A stretch of 64,000 nt of DNA from Octopus vulgaris (GCA_951406725.2 OX597815.1:208444001-208508000); one strand, 5' to 3'. Positions 38,445 through 54,217 are shown, numbered from the stretch's first letter. The notes: generated by a model not told the origin, from the sequence alone. Made by a program: numbers and translations.

Positions 38445-38757
38445 ATGGCACATGGCTCAGTGGTTAGAGCGTTGAGCTTACGATTGTGAGGTTGTGAGCT
38501 CAAATCCCGGACTGGGCTGCATGTTGTGTTCTTGAGCAAGACACTTTATTTCACGTTACTCCAGTTCACTCAGCTTAGAAATGAGTTGCTGTATCGGCCA
38601 TTGCCTTTCCTTTGGATAACACTGGTGGCATGGAGAGGGGAGCCCAGTATGTATGGGCGACTGCTGGTCTTCCATAAACGACCTTGCCCGGACTTGTGCC
38701 TGGGAGGGTAACTTTCTAGGTGCAATCCCATGGTCTGTGTCATGACTGAAGGGGTTC
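38445..38757 (+). mobile_element. tRNA-derived SINE (family E)
   Basis: A box TGGCTCAGTGG and B box-like GAGCTCAAATCCC; body shared with 2185-2530. Confidence 0.8.
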
Positions 38758-38772
38758 TCAGAATATATATAT

Positions 38773-38981
38773 ATATAAATACAGTGTACATTTAAACATG
38801 TAAGAGGCAGCCATCATAGGACGACCTGCATACTAGAGAGGACAGTTAAATTCCAAACCACTATTAGGGATAAAATTTCGAAGGGAATGAAAAATAAAAA
38901 AACATTTACCATCTAGCTCCTGGACCAGGTAGTCCTATGATGGCTACCTCTTATGTGTTTAAATGTCCACTGTATTTGTAT
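38773..38981. repeat. Inverted repeat, about 55-bp arms
   Basis: ATAAATACAGTGTACATTTAAAC...ATAGGACGACCTG / CAGGTAGTCCTAT...CACTGTATTTGTAT. Confidence 0.85.
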
Positions 38982-39369
38982 GAATAATATATAGTCTATT
39001 GACTAAATTTTTACACGCTAGGCCACTGGTAATGGAAATTTCTAATATTTCAGATTACCCTTTGATATTATTAATTACATATATATATGTACTGACCCCA
39101 GTAGAACCGTCCAACCCATGCTAGCATGGAAAACGGACGCTAAACGATGATGATGATGATGATGATATATATATATATATATATATATTGCAAACAACTT
39201 GCACATGCAAGTGCTACCAGTCAAAAGCTCCGTATACCGGAAGCTAGCAAGTGTATGGGGTCATCAGGAGAGAATGCACGCCGTTTTGGGGCCTACCTCT
39301 CGACGGCATCAATGCGCACTGGCCCCCCTCACTGATATGAGGCCCCGCTTGCTAGATCAGCTGGTTATA

Positions 39370-39557
39370 TATATAAGAATTCTTTGTGTAATGAGATTAA
39401 AAAACCAAGGGTGTGTAGATTTTAGAGCATTTATAGATATCTATCTATATCTATCTATAAATTTATAGATATGAATTTTTTTCTCTATCTATAAATGCTC
39501 TAATATCTTACACGGCTTTGGTTTTTTTTATCTCATTACGCAAAAAATTCTTATATA
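39370..39557. repeat. Inverted repeat, about 70-bp arms
   Basis: TATATAAGAATT...AGAGCATTTATAGATA / TATCTATAAATGCTCT...AATTCTTATATA. Confidence 0.8.
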
Positions 39558-39859
39558 CACACGCTAACATAGGACCAACGTTGAACCCTTTATTCCTTTA
39601 TTTGCAAAATTACCTGACATTTGGTTTCAATAATACCATTACCTCTTATAAACTATGGTCTGCACATCTATAGCATTTATTCAGCATTACCTGACACCTT
39701 TGGCACCTGTTTGACAATGAGCGTGGCCGTCTACCATTACCTCTTATAGCGTGGCCGTCTGCCAGCCTCGTCTATGGCACATAAAATCACCCACTACATA
39801 TAGGAAGGGCATCCAGCTGTATATATATATAGCGAACGTTATATATATATGATATGATG

Positions 39860-39895
<36 letters not shown>

Positions 39896-40561
39896 CATAT
39901 ACACACATATATACATAATGATGCTGAAGTTTTTATGTGATAATGCAGATCAGAAATGGCTGAAGAATGATAGTCGCTTGATTGATTAATATGGCTGTAT
40001 ATAAAGTTGATTATAATATTAGTAATTACAATATAAAATTAATGATGTTGTGTCGCATCGTTGTGTGTACACAAGTTACTTGTTGCAGCAAAATATTTTC
40101 TGTGGATCCATAGTTCATTGTGTATTAGTAGTTTCTCCATGACTACTACAAAGAAAGACCTGGTAATATTTGACTTTATAATTAGAGTGAGTGATAATTC
40201 TATTCTCAAGTGTGACAGGCTATGCTCTTGGTTGGCACTGAATTTACTAAAGAGATGGACTTAATATTTGGATCTATATTCATATGCTTAGTAATTAAAG
40301 TAGGTCAACTGAGAACAATAGATTTTTTTTTTCCAGTATTACCACAGTTAACTGCAGAATCAGAGAGAGATCAGGAGGTCGGCTTATTCACATTAATCTC
40401 TGAGTGGACAGATTTGGGATTTTGAATCTGATTCTGTTTAGCTATTCTATAGCTGTTCACTACATAGATATATATAAATTATCATTAACAGATATTTGTT
40501 GTGTTGATTTGTTTTTTTTTTCCAGATAAATTCTTAATTACAATGTAAATTATGATTATTA

Positions 40562-41165
40562 TGAACTAGTGGATGTAGCCGAGTTTACATATTTAGGTAG
40601 TAAGATAATGTTTTTAGGCGGCACCAATGAAGATATTAAGACGAGAATAAGTAAGGCAAGGACCGTTTTTCACCTGTTAAAAAAAGGATGGAGCGCAGGT
40701 GTAATTTCAATAAAGAACAAAATAAGAATTTTTAAAAGCATTGTTATTGTATGGGGCTGAGACATGGCGAACAACAGTTAAGTCAAATAAGCAAATAGAA
40801 TCATTCATCAACAGATGCTTGCGTAGTATACTTAAAATTAGATGGTCTGAACATATAAGCAATATGGAGCTATGGCAAAGAACAAATCAAGTTTCAATTA
40901 GGGAGCAAATATTTAAGAATAAGTGGAAGTGGATTGGTAGCACAATTAGAAAAACAAACACCAAATGTAGCGAAAAGTGCTTTACAGTGGAAACCGGATG
41001 GATATAGAAACAGAGGCAGGCCTAAGAACTCGTGGCGTTGATCAACACAAAAGGAACTAGAGAAAGGGGGACTTTCATGGCAGAGTATAAGTACAGAAGC
41101 AAAAAATTATGCGACATGGGATTCAACTATAAGTGGCCTATACTCCGCGTTGGGAGGTTAAAGGC
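40562..41165 (+). pseudogene. RTE-clade LINE 3' fragment
   Basis: EFTYLGS..DIKTRISKAR..LLYGAETW..RCLRSILKIRW..ISNMELW..KWKWIG..RGRPKNSW; frameshifted. Confidence 0.9.
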
Positions 41166-41197
41166 AGAAAAAAAATTTTTTTTTTTAATTATGTAAT

Positions 41198-41363
41198 ATC
41201 CATATTGCTTATGTGATTGGACCATCTAATTTTAAGTATACTACGCAAGCATCTGTTGATGAATGATTCTATTTGCTTATTTGATTTAACTGTTGTTCGC
41301 CATGTCTTAGCCCCATACAATAACACCGCTTTTATGTTAGAGTTACAAATTCTTATTCTTATT
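41198..41363 (-). pseudogene. Second, inverted fragment of the same RTE family
   Basis: Reverse complement of about 40720-40872; retains codons (CNSNIKAVLLYG) deleted in the first copy. Confidence 0.85.
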
Positions 41364-42020
41364 TCCATTTTTATTTTTGGATATTACATAATAATTTTTC
41401 CTTTAGAAAAATTATTATGTAATATCCAAAAATAAAAATGGTAAAAGAGGAACAAGGAAAGAAAAAGAAATAAAAATAAAAAAGAGAAATATAAAAAGAG
41501 AAAAACTGTCTTGGGTGGTGAACATTCAATGCTGAAAGGAAAAATCAAACAGCATTTCAACTCTGTGTACGTGTGAGTGCGAGTGTGTATGTGTGTGTGT
41601 GCGCGTGTGTTTGTGTATGTACAAGGGAAGTAGGTGAATGTTTGTACTTGTGATTATTATGTACCTTATTTTGTACCTTATTTATATATAAAATTCTACA
41701 ATTAGCCGTCATGTTTGATGGCACGGGACCAGCTAGTCGCACAATAATTTACACTTCTATAACAGTTTTCTGCCACAGCCTATGGAAGAACTTTAGTCTG
41801 CAGCATGAGGAATGACCTAAAGATATAAGAAGAGACCTTGCAATCAAGATGAGGCTCCATCCTCTTCTCAGGTAGCCTGAAGCAACCTAGTTCTGCCTTG
41901 CAAAATTTCTCTCAGTGGCCCTGTATCCTGCTTCACCACAACGTAACAACCTTTTATTCCTGTACCACAACAATCTGCATGCCTAACTACTTTGCCAATC
42001 CAGTTAAATATATCAGCACG

Positions 42021-42475
<455 letters not shown>

Positions 42476-42478
<3 letters not shown>

Positions 42479-43830
42479 GCAAGATTTGGCATCCCAGACA
42501 AGATAGTGTCTGACAATGGAACGCAATTTATGGCTGTCGAATTCAAAAAGCTTTGTGAAATGTCCATGGTAGAACATGTAGCTACCGCACCATACCATCC
42601 CAGATCTAATGGACTGGTAGAATGCTTTGTTGATATCTTCAAAAGAGCCTTAAGAAAATTAAATAAGCCGTGGATGAGCTATCTCTACCACAATTTTTAA
42701 GAGTGTACCGTGTGACACCAAATCCGAATACACTAGTAGATAGCTCACCAGTGGTACTGATGTTTGTAAGGGAATTAAAATCAGTCTTTGATAAATTGCT
42801 GCCTGGCAAAAAAAAAAAAAAGATAAAGTACCAGGGAAGACATAGCAAGATTCTTTAAAGTTGGTGGAAAGATGTATATGGGACTGGAAGCAATCCGTCG
42901 GTTACGACGATGAGTGTTCCAGTTGATCCGAATCAACGGAACAGCCTGCTCGTGAAATTAACATATAAGTGGCTGAGCACTCCACAGACACGTGTACCCT
43001 TAACGTAGTTCTCGGGGATATTCAGCATGACACAGAAAGTGACAAGGCTGGCCCCTTGAAATACAGGTACAACAGAAACGGGAGGTAAGAGTGAAAGAAA
43101 GTTGTGGTGAAAGAGTACAGCAGGGATCACCACCATCCCCTGCCGGAGCCTTGTGGAGCTTTTAGGTGTTTTCACTCAATAAACACTCACAACGCCCAGT
43201 CTGGGAATCGAAACCGCGATCCTATGACCGCGAGTCCGCTACCCTAGCCACTGGGCCATTGCGCCTCCACTAGATGTATATGAAAGCATACAAGAATAGA
43301 AAGCAGAGTTGGGAAGATGGCATAATTACCAAATGCATAGGTAAAATGGTGTATTGGGAAAAAGTAGAAATGGCATACGAAAGGGACACAGGAACCAACT
43401 GAAAATGAGATTTGTGGAAAGCGAACCAAAGTAGTTGGAGGAACTGATGGAATGTTTGTATGATACGTTCCAAGTACCAATGCTATTGCAGTACCAGTGC
43501 CACACAGACAGACAAGTGAGAGGAAAAGAAAACATACAGAATTCCTGAAAATAGATGTCACACACAAAAAGTATTAAATTGTATCAAAAAAAAAAAAACT
43601 CAAAAAAAAAAAAGGAAGTGGGGTGAATAAAAAAAAGATATTGTTAAATAAAATGACACTTCCGAAGAAAAACTCATAAGGGGAGATGTTGTAGGGAATT
43701 AGTAATAAAGGTACACTCCTTCTACGTGAAGAATGGAATAACCTAGTCACTATAAGTAAAGAGAAGTATGTGAAGTAGCAGAGTACATACTCAGCAGTCA
43801 GAGACAGTTGTGTCTAACTGGTTTTACTAA
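42476..43830 (+). mobile_element. Ty3/Gypsy LTR retrotransposon relic: integrase core, PPT and start of 3' LTR
   Basis: FARFGIPDKIVSDNGTQF..TAPYHPRSNGLVECFV..YRVTP..SP..LMF. Purine tract AAGGGGAGA followed by TGTTGTAG at about 43688. Interrupted by a SINE and an RTE. Confidence 0.85.
42881..43271 (-). mobile_element. tRNA-derived SINE (family D-related) inserted in the Gypsy relic
   Basis: Head GGAGGCGCAATGGCCCAGTGG..GGTTTCGATTCCC; TSD AGATGTATATG at 42870 and 43272. Confidence 0.9.
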
Positions 43831-43840
43831 GTATACTGTA

Positions 43841-44170
43841 TGAGAGCTCAAAATCTCTCATGGAAGCGCCATCCAACCAAAATGCAAATATATGGGAAAC
43901 TAGCACCTGTGTCATCTCTTGTGAAAGGTAGGAGAGTCCAGTTTGCTGGACATTGTTGTAGTGCTGAAAAAGAGGTAATTTCTACTCTTCTCCTCTGGAA
44001 GCTATCTACTTGCAATACCAGAGGGCGCACACTCTCCTACCCTGATGTAATCTCCAGGGATACAGGCATCCAGCAACAGGACCTCCGTAATGCTATGATG
44101 GACCGTGAAGTCTGGCGTAGCATGGTAAATTCCATTGTCTCGACCACGGTCGAACAGTGATGATGATGAT
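43841..44170 (+). mobile_element. 5'-truncated RTE-type LINE with (TGA)n tail
   Basis: RRVQFAGHC..LLLWK..RGR..AMMDREVWR; TSD ATACTGTAT at 43833 and 44169. Confidence 0.85.
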
Positions 44171-45515
44171 ACTGTATACTGAAGTGGACGTTATAATAAT
44201 CTAACATTAAAAGGATTCTAACAGTTTATCAGGCAGCATTATCCACTAAAATGCTGTAAAGCATGTTATAAACATAATATTTAATGAAAGAATTGTAAAA
44301 GGGGAGTGTTAGCAGCAAGTAGAACACCAGTAAGGTCTTCTAATAGAATTTTAAAATTAAACAATGGTAAGATTGAGAGTCAGTTGAGGAATTCAAATAT
44401 TATTAGTCAACAGCATAAAGTTATAATTTGATTAGTCAGTGAAAGTTTGCAATATACTAAGCACAAAAGTTTGCTAATCTTCTAGAACAGATATAATTTG
44501 TTTCTTTAGAATTACTTTAATTAGACTCATCTTTACATACAATAACTCTTACATATTCTGATGCTAAATATCTATTTAAAGGATGTCTGTCAGCTTATGA
44601 ATAGAATAGAATGTCGAATATAGATGGGATGGAATGTGTGTGTGTGTGTGTGTGTATGTGTGTGACTATTTGCATACGTACCATGATGTATGTATACATG
44701 TATATGTATTTATTTGTCTTTATATATATAAATACATACATACATACATAACTACATACATATTTCTGTTGAATTCCATTGCTTTTGTTACAATTAATTT
44801 AGAAAATAATGGAAAATTTAGTAAAATAACTTTTGTCATTATTTTACTGGCATTTGGAACATAACATGAAATTTTGATGGAAGATTAAAATTTAGTTCAC
44901 TCTAAAACAAGTAGCATGTATCATGGAACCATAGGTGGCTTCAGGCAGTTGGAACCTCTATTATCAAACACTCGGTATTTCCAATTGTCACTGACTTTGA
45001 AATCAGCATATTCTTGGATTACTTTATTCAAACCATTTATATAACACTGCATATAATTCTTAAAGTATAGATTCATTTTAATACCTGCTACATACCTGCA
45101 CCTTCACCTGTCTCTGAACCAGCCATAAATTGCATTTTCTTGTTCTTTTGTTTCTTAATGTCCTATATTCTTCAAGAACCGATGTTGCATTCATGCACAA
45201 CAGCATTTTGGTTTTCTCTTCTTTTCAAATTACATATTATTCTATATATGGATTCAATGCAAGAGATACAGGCTTAATTTCCATATCTTTCTTGAATTTG
45301 CTACACTCATTAATGTTAGAAGACATTTTCATTTATGGGTTGACAATAGATAAAGGCACATACTAAATACTTAGGTGCTGGCTATTCTGTTCAATCCTCT
45401 CATTTCTCCTCCTCTTTGTGTTCAAAGCCACCTGGCCACCATTAATCCTAAGCCTAATCCTCCCCTTCCTGAAATGTCAGATCCCTGGAATTCCTTCCCT
45501 GCTCATGATTTTTTT

Positions 45516-45918
45516 TGTAGATGTTGACTTGTAAATGTCCATAATGAGCATTAATAGCACCAATCTCCGTGATATTGAGGGCTTGAAAAGCCTTGGACAC
45601 AACCCCTCCCAACAGTTCCAAGTAAAAAAAAACCCAAAAGAACGCCCAAAAACCCAATGTTAAGGACACCTACCTTCTCTTTGTTGACACAGACCTCCCC
45701 AGTGGTAATGTACCCTTCCACGCGGCCTGACTTGAACGCTAAAAATAGCAGCTGCTTTTCCCCTACCTTGACAAAGCGCTCACACATCCAGCTCTGTCGG
45801 CTACCCTGATCGAAAAGGCCCAATGCTCCTCTGCCTGTGCGTGCGTCACTCCTACCCCTTCCTCTACCAGTCAGCCCTAACTTCTGGTCAGCTCCCCAGC
45901 TGCTGACGTCATCCCACA
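45516..45918. mobile_element. LTR-like repeat related to 53230-53507 (left boundary uncertain)
   Basis: Shares CACCTACCTTCTCT and the terminal GCTGCTGACGTCATCCCACA. Confidence 0.55.
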
Positions 45919-46329
45919 GTTAGAAGATAAATGGTACTAGAACAAAAATGGTTGAAGAACAAAACATGAGTTGAACATTCAAGTGCGCCAGATTATTGGA
46001 TATCAATTAACAGAACTTTACTATAGTACTGAAAAGGCACTGATGGACAAAATATGTGGCTGATGACATGAAAATTTAACAGACTGTAAACTCTACTAAA
46101 ACAAAATTCTGTCATGAAGCCTGCATAAACAAAAGCTGTCCACTGTAAAATGTGGTAGTACAGAAACCAACATCACTTCATATCTTAAAGATGAGACCAA
46201 GATAGCAGACGAAAATGATTAAAAATGAAGTCACAGATACAAAATAATGTTCTTAATGTAATTTCTCAATAATTTAACTTCACTACAACAGTTTCTTGTA
46301 TGTTTTACAGTAATAGTGAACAGTGAATA

Positions 46330-47475
<1,146 letters not shown>

Positions 47476-48019
47476 GATATATATAAAAAAATGAAACTGA
47501 TATATGAATGTATGAATTTTCTTGACAGACATTGACTACAGCATCTCATGAAGAAAGTTCTCTCTGAATCTATTTGTATGATGTTAGAAGATGATGTGAT
47601 GTCACAAAATTGATCTCCTCTGAAATTCTCTGTCTTTATTACATAATAGAAAGTTTCTTTTGAACTCACATGGCTTCAGATATTTATCTACAGATATGTC
47701 TTTGATTTGCAAACAGGCCCGTTGTTTAGTTGCATTATCTCGATGTCTCATCTAGCATGCAGTTAATTTGATATGAAGCCCCAACGGTGTGATTTATGTC
47801 GTTAATATTATTATTTGGGCCGGCTAAGGAAGATCATCAGATTATGAAATGAGATCATGCTGAAATACACGATAATGATTGCCAAACTTTGAAGATACTT
47901 GGACAACTTTCATGAAAGACCTATTGTACAGAACAAAATTTTGAAATATTTTTCAGATATATATATTTGTATGTTATTACTTCAGACAAGAAAACTTTCT
48001 TCTCATTAATGAAACTAGA

Positions 48020-48020
<1 letters not shown>

Positions 48021-48083
<63 letters not shown>

Positions 48084-48115
48084 TACATACATACATACAT
48101 ACATACATACATACA

Positions 48116-48147
<32 letters not shown>

Positions 48148-48338
48148 CATACATACATACATACATACATACATACATACATAATATACATACATATATA
48201 CATACATACATACATATATACACACATATATACATACACACATACATACACACATACATACATACATACATACACACATACATACATACATACATACATA
48301 CATACATACATACATACATACATACATACATACATACA

Positions 48339-48372
<34 letters not shown>

Positions 48373-48527
48373 CATACATATATACATACATACATACATA
48401 TATACACACATATATACATACACACATACATACATACATACATACATACATACACACATACATACATACATACATATATACATACATACATACATACATA
48501 CATACATACATACATACATACATACAC

Positions 48528-48560
<33 letters not shown>

Positions 48561-48802
48561 CATACATACATACACACATACATACATACACACACACATA
48601 CATACATACATACATACATACATACATACATACATACATACATACATACATACATACATACATACATACATACATACATACATACATACATACATACATA
48701 CATACATACATACATACATACATACATACATACATACATACATACATACATACATACATACATACATACATACATACATACATACATACATACATACATA
48801 CA

Positions 48803-48832
<30 letters not shown>
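48021..48832. repeat. (CA)n/(CATA)n microsatellite
   Basis: Direct reading. Confidence 0.98.
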
Positions 48833-48833
<1 letters not shown>

Positions 48834-49714
48834 GATCACATATGATTGTATCCAAAGTTTTTGGCTTGCTCCCAAATGTTTCCATTTTCTAAAATAAAAT
48901 AAAAAATTTACCAAGACTAATGTTTACTTATGTAAGTACCAAGGATATCGATTATCAATATAAATATTTTAAATCAAATAAAAACCTATGAGAAGAAAAA
49001 AATATTATCTTTACTTTTTAGAAAGTCTCATCAAATATTCAGAGGTTAGTGTCATAGATGGAATACAATTATTATTATTCTTATGCAACCTGGTTATGAT
49101 GTTCAGATGTTGTATTTTGGATTTATATTTGTTTTATCTTAAGTACAACAAAATAGAAAATAAACAGAAATGATAGTTATTTTTTTTGTTTGTAAATGTA
49201 AAGCTTATTTTAGTTTGAAAAGATACATTCAGTTTACTTAGTAAAATATATAACATTGTGAGTTGTTTTATCATTCATGAGGATATGAAACACTTTATCA
49301 AATCAACCTTAGAGAGATTTGATTTTTAAATCAGTTGGTTGCCCAAGATGTAGCACATGTGGTAGAAGTATGGCTGTGTGCTTTAAAAGTCCACTTTGCT
49401 TCCGTATGGAGGCTGTGGTTCTATTACAAGTAGTGTCTTGCGTCTCAGGTGATCAATGCTTTGCGCATGGAATTCGGTCGACTGGTGGGGTTGTAGGGGT
49501 AAAGAGTAAGGAGGACAAAGAGGAACAGGTGAATAATTCTGGAGCAGGTAGGGGGAAAAAATGGAAATTATAGAAAAATGAAATGGTGAATTTAGACAAA
49601 ATAGTATAGATATTGAAAGAAGAAATTTGAACTTCTGTTTCATTGGAAGGCAAATGGTTAGGGATATGGTACTTGAAGCCAAGCCAGAGACTCATAGGTA
49701 TGTATGTATAAATG

Positions 49715-52060
49715 TATTTTTTAATTATTATAAATCTTCCACTGAGGAAGGAGCTGGTTTTCAACAAAGATACAAGGCTCCATCTTTGGGATGTAGCTAA
49801 CACAAATTCACATTTGGAACTTGAGAAAAGTCTTGCATATTTTTACTGTTCCTCTCACAGATTGCACTTGTAATGTACGAATTAACCTGTCAATTTGTCT
49901 TTCTGAAAATCCCAGTTTATCTAGATTCTCCTTTAAGCATTTACTAACAAAACCTAGTGCTCCAATTATTATTGATATGAATATGAATTCATAGTCTGGA
50001 TATAGAAGCTGGGGGTTTCAAAGCAGTTGTCCATAGATATGCTCTTCTCCTTTGATTTTCAAAGAGATATTTATATCTGCAGGGAAGCTAACCTCTATGA
50101 TGGTACATACCTTTTCCCCTCTGTCCCAAATAACAATATCCGGCCTGTTATGTTTACATTTGACAGAATTTTTGATGGGAATATTCCACCAGTATTCCTT
50201 GAGTTGGTGTTTAAGAATGTATTCTATAACAGAGGGATTTTCTAAGTTTATTTCAGGACAGCTTTTTTTGTGGATGGCATTGTAAATTGTTTTAGTGACA
50301 ACATCATGTTACATAGGGAGGTAGTACCGTGATGACATTTTAAGATAGCTGCTAATCACATGCATGATGTCTTCCACAGAAACACGACATAGCCTACACA
50401 TGTGGTTGCACCTTGGGATTACAAGAGCGTCACTGTATCTCTTGTTCACCAGGTATTTTGTGGCCATCTCCTGTTCCTGGATTGCAAACACATAGCCTTC
50501 AAAGTGAGATGTGAAGGAATGGTTTTATGTCTGAGAGAGACTGTGCTTCATGTCAATTCTATTGCCTTCTTCAAGCATCAGGGCAACATACCCATGCATA
50601 GTCTCTTTTATGTATACTGAGTGCTTTCCCTCCAGGTCTTCTCTGGGGTAAGAGAGTCCAGCTGTTTTGGAGGGCTGAATAGGAGATCATCAGGAAGAGA
50701 GTGCTTCTTGAGGAGCTCACAGCCAACTCATACAACGTTGCTCACTTCACTTTCCAGCATTGAATTTATTTATTTTTGCTGCTGTTGTTCAGCAGGTTCC
50801 GTCCAAGGGATACCATTTGGCATTCAAAGGCTGTCTGCACTGATCTCAGGCTTACTCTTTACTCTTTTACTCTTTTACTTGTTTCAGTCATTTGACTGTG
50901 GCCATGCTGGAGCACCGCCTTTAGTCGAGCAAATCGTCCCCAGGACTTATTCTTTGTAAGCCCAGTACTTATTCTATCGGTCTCTTTTGCCGAACTGCTA
51001 AGTGACGGGAACGTAAACACACCAGCATCGGTTGTCAAGCAATGCTAGGGGGACAAACACAGGCACACACACACATGCATACACATACATACATATATAT
51101 GGAAAACGGACGCTAAACGATGATGATGATGATGATGATGATATATATATATACATATATATGACAGGCTTCTTTCAGTTTCCGTCTACCAAATCCACTC
51201 ACAAGGCATTGGTCGGCCCGGGGCTATAGCAGAAGACACTTGCACAAGATGCCACGCAGTGGGACTGAACCCAGAACCATGTGGTTGGTTAGCAAGCTAC
51301 TTACCACACGGCCACTCCTGCGCCTATGTGTACAGCTTGTACATAATGTTTAGGCAAGCAGTGGGCCTGTAGTTGCCTGCCATCTCGGTGATTTCATTTT
51401 TGGCAACAAGATTTCCCCTTCCCGTAGCAAGCCAATTTGGTATATCTGTCTGACCTTTCATAATCCTTTTGAACATACATATCAACTGATTTCTATAAAA
51501 TGTCAGCTTCTTGTACCAATATCCAACTATTAGGTCCCTTCTAGGGCCTTCCCATTCTGTAGTTTGCCTACAGCTATAACGAAGGTTTCTGCATCAATTT
51601 CATATGTTTTACTCTTAATGTTGTTACAGTATTCCCAGTCAATTGTATTAAACCACAATGCTTTCAGGTTGAAATCCCTCTTTTTGTTCCAAACTTTTTA
51701 TCAGAATGATTGTAGATCTTCTTAGAAGGGAGCTTTCTTAATGGTAATGTTTTCCTTCTTCATCTCTCCGTATAATGCTTGTGGGTTGGAAGCAAACTTG
51801 CAATTGATACTGGCTCATTCAAAAATTTGCATGCGATAGCCGAGTTTCTTACTCATTGTCCTGAGTTCATGTTTTAAAGTGATTAGCTTTCCCTCAAGAG
51901 CTTGGTGTGAAGAGTTGCCATAAAGTTTAGTTAATTTTTGTTTAAGGTAGAGTTGATGAGGTGTAAACTCATTTCTCTCCTTACATTTTATTGTAGTTAA
52001 CCATTTGATATGGTGGCACACGTTGTTGGTGTTTTCTTCAAGTTTTCTTTTCCATCTAGG
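49715..52060 (-). pseudogene. Old R4/Dong-like retrotransposon relic, interrupted by a family A SINE (50851-51325)
   Basis: FAIQEQEMAT..CRLCRVSVEDIMHVISS..HDVV..KHNRPDIVIWD..IIEVS.P.D..IIIGALG; upstream INRKFASNP. Confidence 0.75.
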
Positions 52061-52211
52061 TTGTTTCTGTTTAGTATGTATGTATGTATGTTTGTATGTA
52101 TGTATGAATCTATCTATCTATCTCTCTATCTATCTATCTATCTATCTCTGTCTATCTATGTATCTATCTATCTATCTATCTATCTATCTGTCTGTCTGTC
52201 TATCTATCTGC

Positions 52212-52355
52212 TTTTTTGGGGTTTTTTCTTTCCCTTTTACGATCCCTTTTGATTGAAAACTTACCCCACTTTTCTTTCTCTCTCCCCAAAAAGAAAAGCT
52301 CTACTTTGTAATCTGTCCTGTCTGTGTGCAGCCCTGTGTGGCTAATAAAGAAACA

Positions 52356-52356
<1 letters not shown>
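52212..52356 (+). mobile_element. LINE 3' UTR fragment inserted in (TATC)n
   Basis: Ends AGCCCTGTGTGGCTAATAAAGAAAC, similar to 23795-23815; (TATC)n on both sides. Confidence 0.55.
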
Positions 52357-52430
<74 letters not shown>

Positions 52431-53229
52431 GTGTGTATGTATCTGTGTATCTCCCTGATGCCCAGGACTACAGAAGAAACCAATTGCCTACGGTGCCATG
52501 CAGTGTGGACTATCCATGGAAAGGCATAGTTTTGGATGCAAACTTCACATAAAGTGAAATTTTCATAATTTCTTACATTATTGGGAGGAACAAATTCTGA
52601 ATGTTTTGGACTAAGAAGTCCTTCATAGTAAAGAAAAAAAATTGTGTCCTTTGGCTATTTTAAGTCTGAAGAATTAGATTGTCTGCAAAGAAAGAGAAGT
52701 AGTAAGAGGCAGAGAAGAAAAGAAATTAGATAAGGTTAGCGGAAAGAAACAAGTATCTTTAAATGTTTAATTGTTTATTTGTTTATTTGTTCTCTATCTT
52801 TATGTTTATATGTGTGAGTGAGAATGGCGGGGGTTGGATGGAGAGCTTATCAAAATAATTAATTGAACTAATTTATACTGATTTGCGTAGACAATTACAA
52901 GTTAATTATTTCCTCTGTTTTTCTGGTGTTTTACTTTGTTGAAAACAAGAAAAGAAAATTTTCAATTTATCTCTTGAATTACAAAAATAAAAATATATAA
53001 AAGTTTTCAGAAAATGAAAAAAATTTTTTTCATCCTTCCACTTGTTAATAATCCTCTGCTCCTGTTGACCTTTTGCCTGTCCAAACCATTTTCATGTTTG
53101 TCGTAAATGTCCATGTTGGTTTTCAAATTTTTATCTAGCATATTTGATTCATGTGTTCTGAGCAAGATAAAGCTTTTCTTTCATAAGATCCAAGTTACTC
53201 TAGTGGTTGACAAAAATTGAGGAATGTGT

Positions 53230-53507
53230 TGTAGTGAGTGTGCGATTTGAATATAGAGGCACCTACCTTCTCTTCGTAGTGACGGTGATCCTCCAGAGAT
53301 GACTAGTCCTTCCTCACAGCCCCGACCCGAACACTAACGATAGCAGCTGCTAGCCCAAACCCTTAGCGACGTCCTGGCACGTCTTGTCACCTCCACGACC
53401 CACGTTGGAAAAGGTCAATTTCCGTTCCCTGCGCACACTTGACAGCTGACCCCTTCCACTTGCCCCAGCTTCCGGTCAACGCACCCCGCTGCTGACGTCA
53501 TCCCACA
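53230..53507. mobile_element. Solo LTR, 278 bp
   Basis: TG...CA termini (TGTAG / CCACA) flanked by a 5-bp direct repeat TGTGT at 53225-53229 and 53508-53512; GC-rich. Confidence 0.7.
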
Positions 53508-53881
53508 TGTGTATCATATATGATTCATTGAGACACCACTTTGTAAGGTGGCTGGCGTTAGGAAGGGCATCCAGCTGGAGAAACCATGCTAAACAGACAA
53601 TTGAGTCTGGTACAACTCCTGGCCTTGCCAGCCTCTGGCCTTGCCAGCCTCTGGCCTTGCCAGCCTCTGGCAAACAGTCCAACTCATGCCAGCATGAAAA
53701 ATGGACGTTAAATGATGATCATGATGAGGAGGATATATATATAGTATGTTTTCGGTTGTTATGAGTGAGGGATGGTAGTATCTGACGGCCTTTTGTGTTG
53801 CTAGTAAAAAGGAAGATTGTTACTATTTTTGCTAAACCACAAGCCAGTTCTGGTCAAACATATATATATATATATATATAT

Positions 53882-54217
53882 ATATTGTTATATTTCGGAA
53901 TGGTCATTTTGCCAGTTTAGCCAATAAAAACCCACGCACTATATATTTGGTGTTATTTTGCTTCAGTGTTATTTATTTTTTACATTAATCTTAATCTTAT
54001 TTCGGCCAGAGTTCTTTCGTCACACTCCTGTAACCGCATCAGTGGTCCTTTGTTTTCTTCTTTCTTATTTGTGTCTCTCCTTACTAAATGTCAGCCATTT
54101 TGTATTTCTATTGTATGTCTTCATTTGTGCATGCTTATATGGCTAAACTGGCAAATTGACCATTCTGAAATATAACAATATCTGTTTCAACACACGACTT
54201 CACATAATAGATCTTGC

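Noticed and set aside
39190-39365. Minus-strand CTGATGA in a GC-rich block as a hammerhead
   Set aside because: No GAAA box closing a stem II could be found.
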